Virus record (IMG/VR): IMGVR_UViG_3300045988_149609
DNA length: 64,000 nucleotides
Strand: one strand, 5' to 3'
Source: a virus
Under the pieces are notes generated by a model, which was given only the letters and a program-made list of their open reading frames with translations, did no database searches and was not told the origin of the DNA. Positions 1 through 10,499 of this stretch are shown here, piece by piece. Every line of letters starts with the position of its first letter. Within the stretch, counting starts at the first letter, position 1. Made by a program: the position numbers and the translations under genes.

Positions 1-912
1 ATAAAATTCTGCTTCTTCAGGTTTAAAGTTTAATATAGTTTTAACTTCTTTTGCTGCTTCAAGAATAGCTTTTCTATCTCCATTTTCTTTTCCCCATTCC
101 ATTATTTTACCTGAAGTAACAGAAATAATTTGATCTCTATTATTTACAACATAAGAACTATTTTTATATTGTATTACTACAGCTCTTCCTTGTAATACTG
201 CAAGATTTGCAAAAATTTTATTTCTATCTTTACTATTCTTTGCAAATACTTCTTCCCCTTCTTTATTATAAATATGACTACCTTTTATAGTATAAGTTTG
301 TCTTGATTTACCAATAGGAGTATATTCAATTTTAAATTCTTCTGTTTGAGTATTAATTGGTGCTTTTTTTACAGCTTCATTATTAATATCTTCTTTTGTA
401 TATGGAGCTATTTCTTTTCTATAATTAATAAGTTTAGATTCAGCAATTTTTTTTGCTTCTTCTGAAGAATGATCATTAAATTCTTCTTCCATAACTTTCC
501 ATAATTCATATAAATAAGCATCTTGTGGAGTTTTAAATAAATCAGGATTCTGTTGTTTATTTTTCCAATTTATAAAATCAGAAGCATTTTTAAATTGTAA
601 AAGATAAAAATCTGCGAGTTCTCTATCATAAAAAACCAATTTTGAAAATTCATTTTGATAAATATAATTCTTTCCAGTGACATAACTAGAAATAGCATAT
701 CTTACTTGTTTAGCTTCTTCTTTTTTATTATCTAAAAAATCTTGTATTCGTTTAGCTCTTTCTTCAATTTTATCATCTGTTAATTGATCTTGAGTCATTG
801 TATTATTAGTAACAAAATAACTTTCTATGTTATTAACATAGTTAGCATTTAGTCCTAATTTTTTTGCTACTTCTTTTGTTGAAGGAGTAACATATTGACA
901 ATATATTTTCAT
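1..912 (-). CDS. hypothetical protein (5' part; ORF runs off window start)
   Basis: Reverse-strand ATG at 910-912 opens a frame I translated without stops to position 1; not in ORF track because it is truncated by the window edge. Confidence 0.5.
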   Translation of the reverse strand, partial: MKIYCQYVTPSTKEVAKKLGLNANYVNNIESYFVTNNTMTQDQLTDDKIEERAKRIQDFLDNKKEEAKQVRYAISSYVTGKNYIYQNEFSKLVFYDRELADFYLLQFKNASDFINWKNKQQNPDLFKTPQDAYLYELWKVMEEEFNDHSSEEAKKIAESKLINYRKEIAPYTKEDINNEAVKKAPINTQTEEFKIEYTPIGKSRQTYTIKGSHIYNKEGEEVFAKNSKDRNKIFANLAVLQGRAVVIQYKNSSYVVNNRDQIISVTSGKIMEWGKENGDRKAILEAAKEVKTILNFKPEEAEFY

Positions 913-1046
913 ATAAATATAATTAATAATTTATATGCAAAGGTACAATATTATTAATTAAAATAGAAAAAGCTAATAAAAAAAATAAGGCCATTGAAAT
1001 AATATCCAATGACCTTATATAATTAAATTGTTAAATCTTTATTTTG

Positions 1047-1229
1047 TTACTTTCTATAACTATCTAATTGTTCATTTAATGCATCCATTAGTGTTTGAAA
1101 TGCTTTCGATACTTTTGGATTAACTACACCTGCTTCAATAGTCATTGCACTATTATTATATGTCATTTTCATATCAGCAATAGGTTTTGCAAACTTCTTA
1201 TAAATAATATTAAATTTCTCTTTATTCAT
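1047..1229 (-). CDS. hypothetical small protein
   Basis: ORF track; same strand and tight spacing as neighbouring minus-strand genes. Confidence 0.4.
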   Translation of the reverse strand: MNKEKFNIIYKKFAKPIADMKMTYNNSAMTIEAGVVNPKVSKAFQTLMDALNEQLDSYRK

Positions 1230-1375
1230 ATTATAATTGATTTAATCATTTCTTTTTTAAAATAAGATAGCTGATCTGTAGTAAGATTATTTATCCATTC
1301 TGTTGCATATCTTCTATACTTAGGATGATTACTTTTATTGAATCTTATTAATAAATATTCATTTAAAATCATAAT

Positions 1376-1579
1376 TTATAGTTTATCTATTTTATTATAC
1401 AATATAACTACTATTTTATAAATTCCTATTAATATTAATGGATATGGTATTACTAAGTATAAAAGAGCAAATAATACATTATTTATATGCAATATTGGAA
1501 GTAAACCAGCACAAAGAATAAGAATTATTGCTATAACTGCCATTACAAAAATTAAATATTCTTTATATATTTGTTTCAT
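1376..1579 (-). CDS. small membrane protein (two hydrophobic segments)
   Basis: Translated ORF is almost entirely hydrophobic (LIFVMAVIAIILILCAGLLPIL...). Confidence 0.4.
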   Translation of the reverse strand: MKQIYKEYLIFVMAVIAIILILCAGLLPILHINNVLFALLYLVIPYPLILIGIYKIVVILYNKIDKL

Positions 1580-1584
1580 TTATC

Positions 1585-1923
1585 TTAAATATTAATTTCC
1601 AACTTCCACCTATAAACAGTATCACCACATTCATCACAAGTACCAAGACATTCTTCTGTTGTATTCTTATTATTTTGAACAACTTTTACAAAAGTATCTT
1701 GCGAACATAATGTTTCATAATTACCATCATAAAGACTACTAATTATCCATTCTGGTAAATCATATTGTTCTTTTACTTCATTAATTAAAGCTTCGCACAC
1801 ATCATCAAGAAATTCAATATTATAATGTCCAGATTCTTCACAAATATAATCTATCCATTCAATACCATTAATTAGATAAGAAAAGTTAGTACAACCTTCT
1901 GTTATTTCAATATTTACTTTCAT
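1585..1923 (-). CDS. hypothetical Cys-rich protein
   Basis: ORF track; multiple Cys pairs (CxxC-like CDECGD at C-terminus); 4-bp overlap with downstream ORF. Confidence 0.45.
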   Translation of the reverse strand: MKVNIEITEGCTNFSYLINGIEWIDYICEESGHYNIEFLDDVCEALINEVKEQYDLPEWIISSLYDGNYETLCSQDTFVKVVQNNKNTTEECLGTCDECGDTVYRWKLEINI

Positions 1924-2147
1924 GATTCTATTTTAATTTTAGTATTTTTAATTTCTGTTAATTCAAATATTTGTTTAAGCAATTCAAGTTCTTCTTTTTT
2001 ATTAAAGCCTTTACTAATTCTAAAATATACATCATACTTTAAATCTCCTGTATCTTCAATATATTTATCAATAGTCTTTTTCATATTTTTTACTAACTTA
2101 AACAAAGTAGTAACATCTTCTGGTTTAATTGTATATTCTACTTTCAT
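1920..2147 (-). CDS. hypothetical protein
   Basis: ORF track; start overlaps stop region of upstream gene (operon-like packing). Confidence 0.4.
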   Translation of the reverse strand: MKVEYTIKPEDVTTLFKLVKNMKKTIDKYIEDTGDLKYDVYFRISKGFNKKEELELLKQIFELTEIKNTKIKIES

Positions 2148-2354
2148 ACTTCTAATTTAATTTCAAGATCATTATGTTTTAGTAAATACGAAATTTGTTT
2201 AAATAAAATTCTATCCTCTGTACATAAATTGTTAATTACAGAATAAATATTTTTGTTACAGGATCTTTAGTAAATTTATCAATACCATATTCTAGAGCCT
2301 TTATTATACCAATCAGACTAATTACTTCATCTTTTGTAATTGTATATATTGCTT

Positions 2355-2753
2355 TCATTTTCTTAAATTTTCTAAATAAAATACAACTGTTTTATATATC
2401 ATGTCTAATAATTCATTAGAAGAATATTTATCAACAATTTCTAATTTATCATTAATATAATATTTGTCAGCATATACAAGATCTCCTCTATCATTAACAA
2501 TAAATATTGGTTTATCAAAAGTCCAATTAATTTGATATGATTTTTGTTCTTGATTAAACTGATAACATAACATTAATAAATCTTGCATAGTAAAAGTATA
2601 ATAACCTAAACCACATTTGATTAATTGTTCTGAATTTTTAGAATCATTATATTGCCCTTTTCCTAAATAGATTAGAGAAGCTTTAGTTATATCAACTCCT
2701 AACTTCTCTAATCTATCCATTTTAGATTTAGACAATGAAATATTAGTGTTCAT
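2355..2753 (-). CDS. hypothetical protein
   Basis: ORF track, 132 aa, coupled (ATGA overlap) with 2750..3028. Confidence 0.45.
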   Translation of the reverse strand: MNTNISLSKSKMDRLEKLGVDITKASLIYLGKGQYNDSKNSEQLIKCGLGYYTFTMQDLLMLCYQFNQEQKSYQINWTFDKPIFIVNDRGDLVYADKYYINDKLEIVDKYSSNELLDMIYKTVVFYLENLRK

Positions 2754-3028
2754 CTTCTTAATCTTCTTACAATATTTAATAAATCATATCTATTTAATTG
2801 TAATTCACTCAATTCTGTACCATAAGGTATTTCATCATCACAATCTACACAAACTGCACCTGTCTTAGGATTAATATAAATTATTTCAATAATCCTTGGG
2901 TTATTTGGATGAGAAAGTTCTTTATAATAAATTTCTTTAGCTTTAACAGGAATCTTAGATAATAATTCTTTAATCATAGGAATTACTAATTCATCTATTT
3001 CAGCATGAGTAAAATATTCTTCTTTCAT
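2750..3028 (-). CDS. hypothetical protein
   Basis: ORF track, 92 aa, CVDCDD motif. Confidence 0.45.
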   Translation of the reverse strand: MKEEYFTHAEIDELVIPMIKELLSKIPVKAKEIYYKELSHPNNPRIIEIIYINPKTGAVCVDCDDEIPYGTELSELQLNRYDLLNIVRRLRR

Positions 3029-3243
3029 ATGTCAATACTTATTGTTTTAGTTGAACTTCTAAGTGTATTAGTATCATTCTCTTTAATTATAGATATTACA
3101 TATCTGTATTTATTAGCATATTCTTCTGCTATTTTAACAACATCACTTATAGTTTCTCCTTCAACAGCTCTCCATGTAGATACTATTTTGTCGCCCTTAA
3201 ATTTAAACCCTACAAGATATGTTTTTGCTTCTATTAGTTTCAT
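3025..3243 (-). CDS. hypothetical protein
   Basis: ORF track, 72 aa; overlaps start of previous by 4 nt. Confidence 0.4.
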   Translation of the reverse strand: MKLIEAKTYLVGFKFKGDKIVSTWRAVEGETISDVVKIAEEYANKYRYVISIIKENDTNTLRSSTKTISIDI

Positions 3244-3258
3244 AGTTATTTTACATTA

Positions 3259-3684
3259 TTATGATGGATAAATAGTTTTCAATATATCATAAGATGTCAA
3301 AAATGTAAGAAATTTACTTCTAGAAAGAATAAATGTATATCTTTTTATGAGAACATAATTTTTCTCTATTAGTTCTTCTATATCCATTTCAACATACAAC
3401 ATTCTTTTATTATCACTATTATTACGAAATTTATTTTTATATCTTTCTGACAATAAATTATTTTTTCTGCACCAACCTAAACTCCATTCTGCTACTTTGT
3501 TGATTTTAACTTTTTCTTTTTCATACATTTCATTAAATTTACTTCCATTAATATCTCTTGAAAGATAATAAGATGAAAATAAATAGCTTTTGAGCATCCT
3601 TTCTAATACAGGAGGTATATAATTAAATTTTTGCACTAGTTCAAGTTGATCATCAAGCCAATATGCTTTATAAAATGAATACAT
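3259..3684 (-). CDS. hypothetical protein
   Basis: ORF track, 141 aa. Confidence 0.45.
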   Translation of the reverse strand: MYSFYKAYWLDDQLELVQKFNYIPPVLERMLKSYLFSSYYLSRDINGSKFNEMYEKEKVKINKVAEWSLGWCRKNNLLSERYKNKFRNNSDNKRMLYVEMDIEELIEKNYVLIKRYTFILSRSKFLTFLTSYDILKTIYPS

Positions 3685-3686
3685 AA

Positions 3687-4091
3687 TTAAGATATATAAT
3701 ATATTAGTTTATAACTTTCATCTTTATTTTCTAAATAGGATGGATTCATTGTTTGTAAAATATCTTGTAATACATTTACATAATTAAGAACTTTTTGTTG
3801 AGATTCTATATAATATTTCCATTCTAGAATTTCATCAATTATTTCAATATTACCATTAGCATGTTTTTCAAGTTCATTAAGACGTTTTTTTGTCTTTTCT
3901 ATTTCTTCTTTAGTGTCATTGTACACATGACTTAATTCAGTAGTTGTAAGTTCTGCAGCATTATTTGAACCATAAGGAACATTACAATTTTCATTAAATG
4001 CTGTATAAATATCAGAACTTCTACTCCAATCTCCTATAGTAATACGTTTATCGTTTTCTAAAGGAATACAAATATTAAGATAGCTACTCAT
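3687..4091 (-). CDS. hypothetical protein
   Basis: ORF track, 134 aa. Confidence 0.45.
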   Translation of the reverse strand: MSSYLNICIPLENDKRITIGDWSRSSDIYTAFNENCNVPYGSNNAAELTTTELSHVYNDTKEEIEKTKKRLNELEKHANGNIEIIDEILEWKYYIESQQKVLNYVNVLQDILQTMNPSYLENKDESYKLIYYIS

Positions 4092-4268
4092 TGTTATATT
4101 TTGTTTTAAATGAATGATATTCTTTAAATATATCTTCTAACATTTTTTGATAAAAATCTGTAGGATATAAATAAGGACTTTGTTTTACAATATTATATAT
4201 GGATTCACTTCCTTGTATAATACCCATTAAATAATTAACTAAACCTTCTTTATTCATAATAATTTGAC

Positions 4269-4646
4269 TTAATCAAGTTCATTAAGAAGTTTTGTATTTT
4301 CAATAAAATCAAATCTTTTATTTCGATTCACTTCCCATGCAAACTTTCCATTTAAAATAGATGCTTCAAAATCCATAATTGTTTGCATAACATTCAAATA
4401 ATATTCTTCATCATTTTTAATATTTTCTAATGTATTCTTTTCAGATGTCCAAACTAGATTTTCACCATCAGTACCTTTTATAAAAAGTGTCATTTCAAGT
4501 TTGAAGTTTGACTTATTTTGTATAATCTCTGCTGAAACAACACTATAACCCATTGGCTTAGCAAAGATTACAGTATTATCCTTTTTACCTAAACAACGAT
4601 AACCATAATTATGTAAGGCTTCAATAATTTCGTGTTTTATATTCAT
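4269..4646 (-). CDS. hypothetical protein
   Basis: ORF track, 125 aa. Confidence 0.45.
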   Translation of the reverse strand: MNIKHEIIEALHNYGYRCLGKKDNTVIFAKPMGYSVVSAEIIQNKSNFKLEMTLFIKGTDGENLVWTSEKNTLENIKNDEEYYLNVMQTIMDFEASILNGKFAWEVNRNKRFDFIENTKLLNELD

Positions 4647-5064
4647 TTTATATTTAATTAAAATTAGTAAATTTTAATTTACAATATTTACTATATCGCA
4701 TTATTCCATTTGGTGTCTTAACAAAGCATTTTGTTGCGAAATAAAGTGGATCATTTATACATTTAATATAATCCCAAATTCTTCCCTGATATTTATTTGT
4801 TTCTACGTTCATAAATTAAATTTATAACATTTTATAAATTAAGAATCCAATAATATTTCCAATTAATATTTCCAATGATACAACTTATAACAATTGGCCA
4901 TATTATAATAAATATAATGTTTTTAATGATTAATCATGGTATAAAAGCTATTATTACAACGACAATAATAATTAAAATAAGAAAAACAAAACTAATGCAC
5001 TCTAATAACGCTTGTTTTTTATTCATATTATTTTTTATTTAGTTCAATAATTATATTTTTTATT

Positions 5065-5685
5065 TTAACTAAAATCAGTAAACAATGCAAATCTCAATCC
5101 TTCTTTTGTAACAAAATCACTATGTTTTCTACTAATCATACCATTCATTGCATATTTAATAAATTTAGATATACTCCAGTTACAGGAATCAAAACTACCT
5201 GAGTGCATTTTATCATATGTTTCACTTGTACAATATTGATAATAAGGCAGATTTTTATCAAAGTAATTTTCTTTTATATACTTAATTCTATCATTATCAT
5301 AACCTGTTTCTTTAAGTTCATCAACTGTCATAATAGGTTTAATAGATGGATGCAAACAATGTTTTATTTCATCATTTATAAATTGATCCCAAGTAAATTC
5401 TTCACCATATTCATCTATGATTTTAGCATGATTATCATCAATGAACTTTTTAATACTTGCTAATGTTGGCTCATAATATTTAAGGTCATTTGCATCCCAA
5501 AGAAATGCCCAACCATAAGAACGTTTGCCAAGATGAACTTTATAACATTTCAAGTCTTGATGTATATCATACATTTCATCTTCAAGATTAATAAGTTGTT
5601 GAGTATCCAATTTGCTTGCAAGTTTACGAAGTTTATTTGTTGTATGTTTCTTCACAGGAAGAACAGCATAAAAATTAGTTCCCAT
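5065..5685 (-). CDS. hypothetical protein
   Basis: ORF track, 206 aa; antisense ORF 5203..5463 rejected. Confidence 0.5.
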   Translation of the reverse strand: MGTNFYAVLPVKKHTTNKLRKLASKLDTQQLINLEDEMYDIHQDLKCYKVHLGKRSYGWAFLWDANDLKYYEPTLASIKKFIDDNHAKIIDEYGEEFTWDQFINDEIKHCLHPSIKPIMTVDELKETGYDNDRIKYIKENYFDKNLPYYQYCTSETYDKMHSGSFDSCNWSISKFIKYAMNGMISRKHSDFVTKEGLRFALFTDFS

Positions 5686-5686
5686 A

Positions 5687-5989
5687 TTATGTATTTAATT
5701 TTTTAATAATATCTAAAATTAATTGAATAAATTCTTTACTATTAATTTTTAAACCTAAAAATTGAGCCGCTTTAGTACATTCGATAATATTATATTTATA
5801 TCCTTTTTTAAAAATAGTTATAATATGATTTTCTAAATTAGATTTTTTAGATTTATTATGTAGTATTGTATCTTTTTTTAATTTATGACAACCATAAATG
5901 TCCTCTATCCAACAATTTTTATTATACCAATCTTGGATAATTTCATTAAGATTTAAAGTAATTACAGAATGAAAATTATTTTGTTTCAT
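5687..5989 (-). CDS. hypothetical protein
   Basis: ORF track, 100 aa, 1-nt spacing to upstream gene. Confidence 0.45.
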   Translation of the reverse strand: MKQNNFHSVITLNLNEIIQDWYNKNCWIEDIYGCHKLKKDTILHNKSKKSNLENHIITIFKKGYKYNIIECTKAAQFLGLKINSKEFIQLILDIIKKLNT

Positions 5990-6016
5990 TAATAAGAATA
6001 TATTTCTTTTTCATAA

Positions 6017-6388
6017 TTATATTATTTGATTTTTATCAATAAAATTCTCTATTAATCGTTTAGTTTTATAAACATTTACAATTGATTCAAATGGTAGTTC
6101 AGATATTCTAGAATAAATAATATGTGGTGTATCAATTAAACTTTCTAATATATCTACTTCTTGTCCATCTATACAATATTTAATACCTCTATTTAATCTC
6201 TTTTTATGAATAAATTCAATTTTAGGATAAGGTAAATCAATACCATCTATAGAATCTACAATAATATCTACATCACGATAAGACTCAACTTCTCCATAAA
6301 AATATAATGCACAAGATCCTCCTATTCTAGGATTTGTTTTAGCAGGAAACAAATTAATTATTTCTTTTAATCTTTTTATACTAAACAT
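6017..6388 (-). CDS. minimal nucleotidyltransferase (MNT/Pol-beta superfamily)
   Basis: Translated motif IGGSCALYFYGEVESYRDVDIIVDS fits the hG[GS]-x9-13-Dh[DE]h signature of Pol-beta-type nucleotidyltransferases (MntA/kanamycin NTase-like). Confidence 0.55.
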   Translation of the reverse strand: MFSIKRLKEIINLFPAKTNPRIGGSCALYFYGEVESYRDVDIIVDSIDGIDLPYPKIEFIHKKRLNRGIKYCIDGQEVDILESLIDTPHIIYSRISELPFESIVNVYKTKRLIENFIDKNQII

Positions 6389-6409
6389 ATTATATTAAAA
6401 TATTATTTA

Positions 6410-7291
6410 TTACTTAGTAATATAATTTCTTTTAATAAATTCTTCTCGCAAACTACAAGTTAATTCTTTTGCCATAGGATGAGCAGCATTATCGCATCTT
6501 CTGTAGAAGAAATTAGACCAAGCATCTTCAAAACCACAGGAAATTAATTCAGATTTAACTGACAAAGGAAGTACATCTCTAGCTTGTTGAGGAGTATATC
6601 CACCCTTAAGTAATGATAGATAAGCATAATTTGCCTGTACTAAAGAGGCTAAATATCTTAAATTAGGATTTTCTATATCATATTGATTTGTAAGAAAACA
6701 CAACTCATTGATTGATGTTATTTCCTTATCAAGGATAATCCAAGATGGCTGAATGAAAGTAATTTGATTGTCAAATTTATCCTTTGAATAATTACAATAT
6801 CTAGTACTCTCAGCTAAATGACTTAATGTAACATGAGTTCTAAACTCATCCATTATAGCTCGATTAGAGATAAAATGTACAGTATGTCTTTTTGGATAAT
6901 ACTCATTATCTGATTCATCAAAGTAATTAGATACCCAAGGAAAATGTTTAATAATATCTAGATAATATCTGTAATTAGTTGTTATATAAATAACTTTTTC
7001 ATTAGAATTAGATTCAATCCATATATCATTATATATTCTTTTTACATATAATGCTAGCATAAATCCTTGAAATTCTGAATATTTTATTTTAAGATGCACA
7101 GTACCAAATTCAAGTGGACGTGAATGATCTCTTTTTACAAGCATATCTACAAATTTTTCATAAGATGTATCAGTAATTTTATCTTCAGATTTGTAACATA
7201 CTCTTCCACATCTTTCAATAAACTTTTTAATACCTACTAAAGAAAAATCAGTTTGATCAATTATTTCAAATGATTGATTTATTAACTTCAT
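6410..7291 (-). CDS. thyX: flavin-dependent thymidylate synthase ThyX-like
   Basis: Motifs HTVHFISNRAIMDEFRTHVTLSHLAESTRY (compare ThyX RHR...S....S.RY) and ARDVLPLSVKSELI...RRCDNAAHPMAKE (ThyX ARxVLPL...R.D..AQ.E). Confidence 0.65.
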   Translation of the reverse strand: MKLINQSFEIIDQTDFSLVGIKKFIERCGRVCYKSEDKITDTSYEKFVDMLVKRDHSRPLEFGTVHLKIKYSEFQGFMLALYVKRIYNDIWIESNSNEKVIYITTNYRYYLDIIKHFPWVSNYFDESDNEYYPKRHTVHFISNRAIMDEFRTHVTLSHLAESTRYCNYSKDKFDNQITFIQPSWIILDKEITSINELCFLTNQYDIENPNLRYLASLVQANYAYLSLLKGGYTPQQARDVLPLSVKSELISCGFEDAWSNFFYRRCDNAAHPMAKELTCSLREEFIKRNYITK

Positions 7292-7321
7292 TATTATAAT
7301 CTTATTTAATTTGAGTTAATA

Positions 7322-8185
7322 TTATTTATTTGTATTATTTTCTTCAAGTTCTTTACAAAGATCTTCATAACTTTTATTTGTTCCTATCAATTTTACAGTA
7401 ATCTTTGAAAGTGGAAGAAAATGTCCATAATGACAGCAATAACCATCACTATATACTGAACAAAAGATTGGTATACCATTATCATCTTTTCCACTACATA
7501 CTGATACTTTCCATTTGTCAGAAGAAAAATCCCTAACAATACATGACTGCCATTTTTGTGGTTCAAAATTAGAGTATTCACTATATTTTGGAATTTCAAT
7601 TAGAAGCTCATAGTCTGTTTCTTCATTAAGAAGATACATACCATTATTTCTAAATGTTAATACACCTTCGTCTCCATTTTCATCTCCAACTTTATATTGT
7701 ATAAGAGCAACTATATTTCTAAGTGGATCAAAAATATCTTTTCTTTCCTTTCTATTGAAGCAAATAATTCTTACTTTCAATCCATTTCTTGTCACAATAC
7801 TTCCTTTAACCTCTTTATTAGTTATCTTCTTGGCAAGTTCTATATTAAATGGAATCCTTTTATATTTTGTTTGTATCATATTATTCTTATCTTTTTTGGT
7901 TATTATATGTCCATGTTCCTCTAGTTTATCAACTTGATCATTTACTCTAAATTTATTCCAATCTCGTTGGTTTTTAGATGGAAAAAGTGTAGGTTCTGCA
8001 TCTAATGAATAACTTCTACCATCCTTTGTAAAACTTACTACGTTTCCATTCTTTATTATACGGCAATGTATGGGATAACAACGCTCGTCAAATGACTGAA
8101 CAATCTCTAAGCTTAATTCACCATATATTGGGCTGTAAAGCCTTGTACCACTTGGACAATCTTTTAATATTTCTGCTATGTTCAT
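7322..8185 (-). CDS. hypothetical protein
   Basis: ORF track, 287 aa; internal ORFs on both strands rejected. Confidence 0.5.
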   Translation of the reverse strand: MNIAEILKDCPSGTRLYSPIYGELSLEIVQSFDERCYPIHCRIIKNGNVVSFTKDGRSYSLDAEPTLFPSKNQRDWNKFRVNDQVDKLEEHGHIITKKDKNNMIQTKYKRIPFNIELAKKITNKEVKGSIVTRNGLKVRIICFNRKERKDIFDPLRNIVALIQYKVGDENGDEGVLTFRNNGMYLLNEETDYELLIEIPKYSEYSNFEPQKWQSCIVRDFSSDKWKVSVCSGKDDNGIPIFCSVYSDGYCCHYGHFLPLSKITVKLIGTNKSYEDLCKELEENNTNK

Positions 8186-8292
8186 TTTCTTATTATTTAT
8201 GTTTATTTCTTTCTTTTATTGCATCATATACACAATAAAAACATAATCCAATTATTGTACTCCAAAGAGCTATCCCTACTAATTCTTCCATA

Positions 8293-8547
8293 TTAATCAA
8301 TAATTAAAGATTCAGGTATATGTTTGAATAGACAACCATTTGGATATTCATCACAAGTATTTACTAAAATATCATAGCTAACATCTTCATTTTGTTCAAA
8401 TGTTCCATATTTGTCTATAATTACAATATTACCAGTTAATTGTTTATTATCTGATAGTTTAAAAGATACTTTATCTTCTAACTTATATTTTGGTTTTCCT
8501 AACATTTTATAAAAATTGAAAATGGGACTATAAAAATATAGTACCAT
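8293..8547 (-). CDS. hypothetical protein
   Basis: ORF track, 84 aa. Confidence 0.4.
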   Translation of the reverse strand: MVLYFYSPIFNFYKMLGKPKYKLEDKVSFKLSDNKQLTGNIVIIDKYGTFEQNEDVSYDILVNTCDEYPNGCLFKHIPESLIID

Positions 8548-8560
8548 TTAAATAAAATAT

Positions 8561-8758
8561 TTAATGTTTAACTCCAAAATCTTTTAGTCTTTCATCAAGA
8601 ACAACAAGATAGTTTATCATTGCTGGTAATTGCAATTGAAGTAAAGCCCATTGTGTTTCTCCTACTACAGATTCATTATTTTTATCATGGATAAACTTTT
8701 TAAGTCTACCTATTTTTTGTTCAAGATCTCTGTATTCTTTCAAAACTTTTTCTTTCAT
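8561..8758 (-). CDS. hypothetical protein
   Basis: ORF track, 65 aa. Confidence 0.35.
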   Translation of the reverse strand: MKEKVLKEYRDLEQKIGRLKKFIHDKNNESVVGETQWALLQLQLPAMINYLVVLDERLKDFGVKH

Positions 8759-8796
8759 AATGTTTAATTTTAATTATTAATTGTTTATTATTTATT

Positions 8797-9072
8797 TTAA
8801 GCAAATTCAATCATATAATCATACATATTATCATACTTAACAATGTCTGATACTTTTTTATTATCAATCATATCTCCTACAGTAATAGTAGGCCCTTCAT
8901 AACATATAATTGATTTAAAATGTTTAGGTTTTTCTTTATTAGCAGTAGTACGAACACCAAACACTTTAAGTAAAAATAGATTTTCAGTAAAATGTTTCAA
9001 TACAGTTGTACTACTTTTATTTACAATCTTAATGTCTTTTACTCTGTTTTGCTTTTTGTTTTTCTTTTCCAT
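8797..9072 (-). CDS. hypothetical protein
   Basis: ORF track, 91 aa, basic N-terminus. Confidence 0.4.
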   Translation of the reverse strand: MEKKNKKQNRVKDIKIVNKSSTTVLKHFTENLFLLKVFGVRTTANKEKPKHFKSIICYEGPTITVGDMIDNKKVSDIVKYDNMYDYMIEFA

Positions 9073-9104
9073 AAAAAGATAATATTAATAAATAAATTTA
9101 ATAA

Positions 9105-9413
9105 TTAATCGTTTGATTCAACATAATATTCTTCAACTTCCCAATCTTTCAATTCTTTCATATATTGTGGAAGTACATATTGATTTTCTACAGCAGATTT
9201 TAAATCACAATTACTATAATCTATTTCTTCATAATAATTACCATCTTCATCTTTACCTGAATCAGTAACTATATAATCATCAACTTTTACTTTTACTTTT
9301 CTACTCAAAGTTATAGTAACAGTAACTTCTATTTCTTTTTCAGGATTATCTATTTGATTCCAAGGAGCGTTAGAATTATCTACTCCTAATGGATAATTAT
9401 AATTATCATACAT
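9105..9413 (-). CDS. hypothetical acidic protein
   Basis: ORF track, 102 aa, D/E/Y-rich. Confidence 0.4.
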   Translation of the reverse strand: MYDNYNYPLGVDNSNAPWNQIDNPEKEIEVTVTITLSRKVKVKVDDYIVTDSGKDEDGNYYEEIDYSNCDLKSAVENQYVLPQYMKELKDWEVEEYYVESND

Positions 9414-9414
9414 A

Positions 9415-9687
9415 TTATTGTTCTAAATATTCATGTTTTATACAAAATTCACTACCATCTACAACAGGTTTCCCACATATAGGACATCGTTTTTTAGCAT
9501 TAAATCCTAATTCAATACTTGATTCTACTGAATTATGAACTACTTCTTTAATAATACTAAAAGCGATATTCAATTTCTGATTCTCAAGAGGTGTAAGTAT
9601 TCCTTCTTCAAATTGAAAACCTACCATTCCTTTTAATCTCCAAAGTATTCTATTCCTCTTTTGCCATTTCTGTTGCTTTTCTGTCAT
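9415..9687 (-). CDS. zinc-ribbon protein
   Basis: C-terminal CPICGKPVVDGSEFCIKHE four-ligand Zn-ribbon-like motif. Confidence 0.45.
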   Translation of the reverse strand: MTEKQQKWQKRNRILWRLKGMVGFQFEEGILTPLENQKLNIAFSIIKEVVHNSVESSIELGFNAKKRCPICGKPVVDGSEFCIKHEYLEQ

Positions 9688-9724
9688 TATTACTAAAGTT
9701 TTTATTTGAAATAAATTATAAATA

Positions 9725-10201
9725 TTATTTATTATTCTTATACCAAATAAGAGTCATTATACTATAATTAGCTAAATCAATTAATGTATCTTCAATAGAT
9801 TCATCTTTAACTAGGTTATCATTCTTAGTTAATGATTTAATTCTGTTGAATTTATCATTCATTCTAACTAATGCTGCAGTAATACCAAATTCATTACAAG
9901 ATTTATCAAAAGAATTACCATAATCAGCATTCTTCTTTTCATAAAGATTTGCCATTTGTGTAATAATTTCTTTAAACTGCTCAACATTTGACTTTTTATT
10001 TATGTCTTTATTTTGAAATTCTTCTTTAAAATACATATTCCAATGAGTTTTGAAATTTGTTGTTTTAACTTCTTTCTTATTCTCATCTAACAATATATCA
10101 GGTTTAATACATTTATATTGATGATCTTGAACAAAAGCGATTTTATTATTAATAATCACATCATGTATGCAAAGATACATTTTATTTCTTTTAAACTGCA
10201 T
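9725..10201 (-). CDS. hypothetical protein
   Basis: ORF track, 158 aa; conserved-looking ADYGNSF...GITAALVRMNDKFNRIKSL segment of unknown family. Confidence 0.45.
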   Translation of the reverse strand: MQFKRNKMYLCIHDVIINNKIAFVQDHQYKCIKPDILLDENKKEVKTTNFKTHWNMYFKEEFQNKDINKKSNVEQFKEIITQMANLYEKKNADYGNSFDKSCNEFGITAALVRMNDKFNRIKSLTKNDNLVKDESIEDTLIDLANYSIMTLIWYKNNK

Positions 10202-10211
10202 ATTATAACTA

Positions 10212-10490
10212 TTAAATTATTTTAAAAATATATTTTTCCAAATCATCTTCATCTTTAGGAATATCATTTAACTCAATAAGTTCAATATATCTTGGTATTT
10301 CTGTCAATAGCATTGTTTTATGTTTAGATGAAGTAAAACTATATTTTGTACAATTTATAATTATTTTATCATCATACCATTGAGCAATACAAGTAGTATA
10401 AGAAAATAATTTATTGTTTTCAAAAATGATATGCAAACTATGTCCTTCTTCTTTATTAACAAAAGCTCTAATTGTTTTTAAATTTGTCAT
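10212..10490 (-). CDS. hypothetical protein
   Basis: ORF track, 92 aa. Confidence 0.4.
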   Translation of the reverse strand: MTNLKTIRAFVNKEEGHSLHIIFENNKLFSYTTCIAQWYDDKIIINCTKYSFTSSKHKTMLLTEIPRYIELIELNDIPKDEDDLEKYIFKII

Positions 10491-10499
10491 TATATTAAA

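Noticed and set aside
3005-7937. Plus-strand ORFs 3005..3271, 5203..5463, 7697..7924, 7755..7937 and minus-strand 7393..7599 embedded in or opposite larger minus-strand genes
   Set aside because: Fully overlapped by longer same-region ORFs on the arm's coding strand; translations are low-complexity Ile/Phe/Leu-rich strings typical of antisense reading of AT-rich coding DNA.
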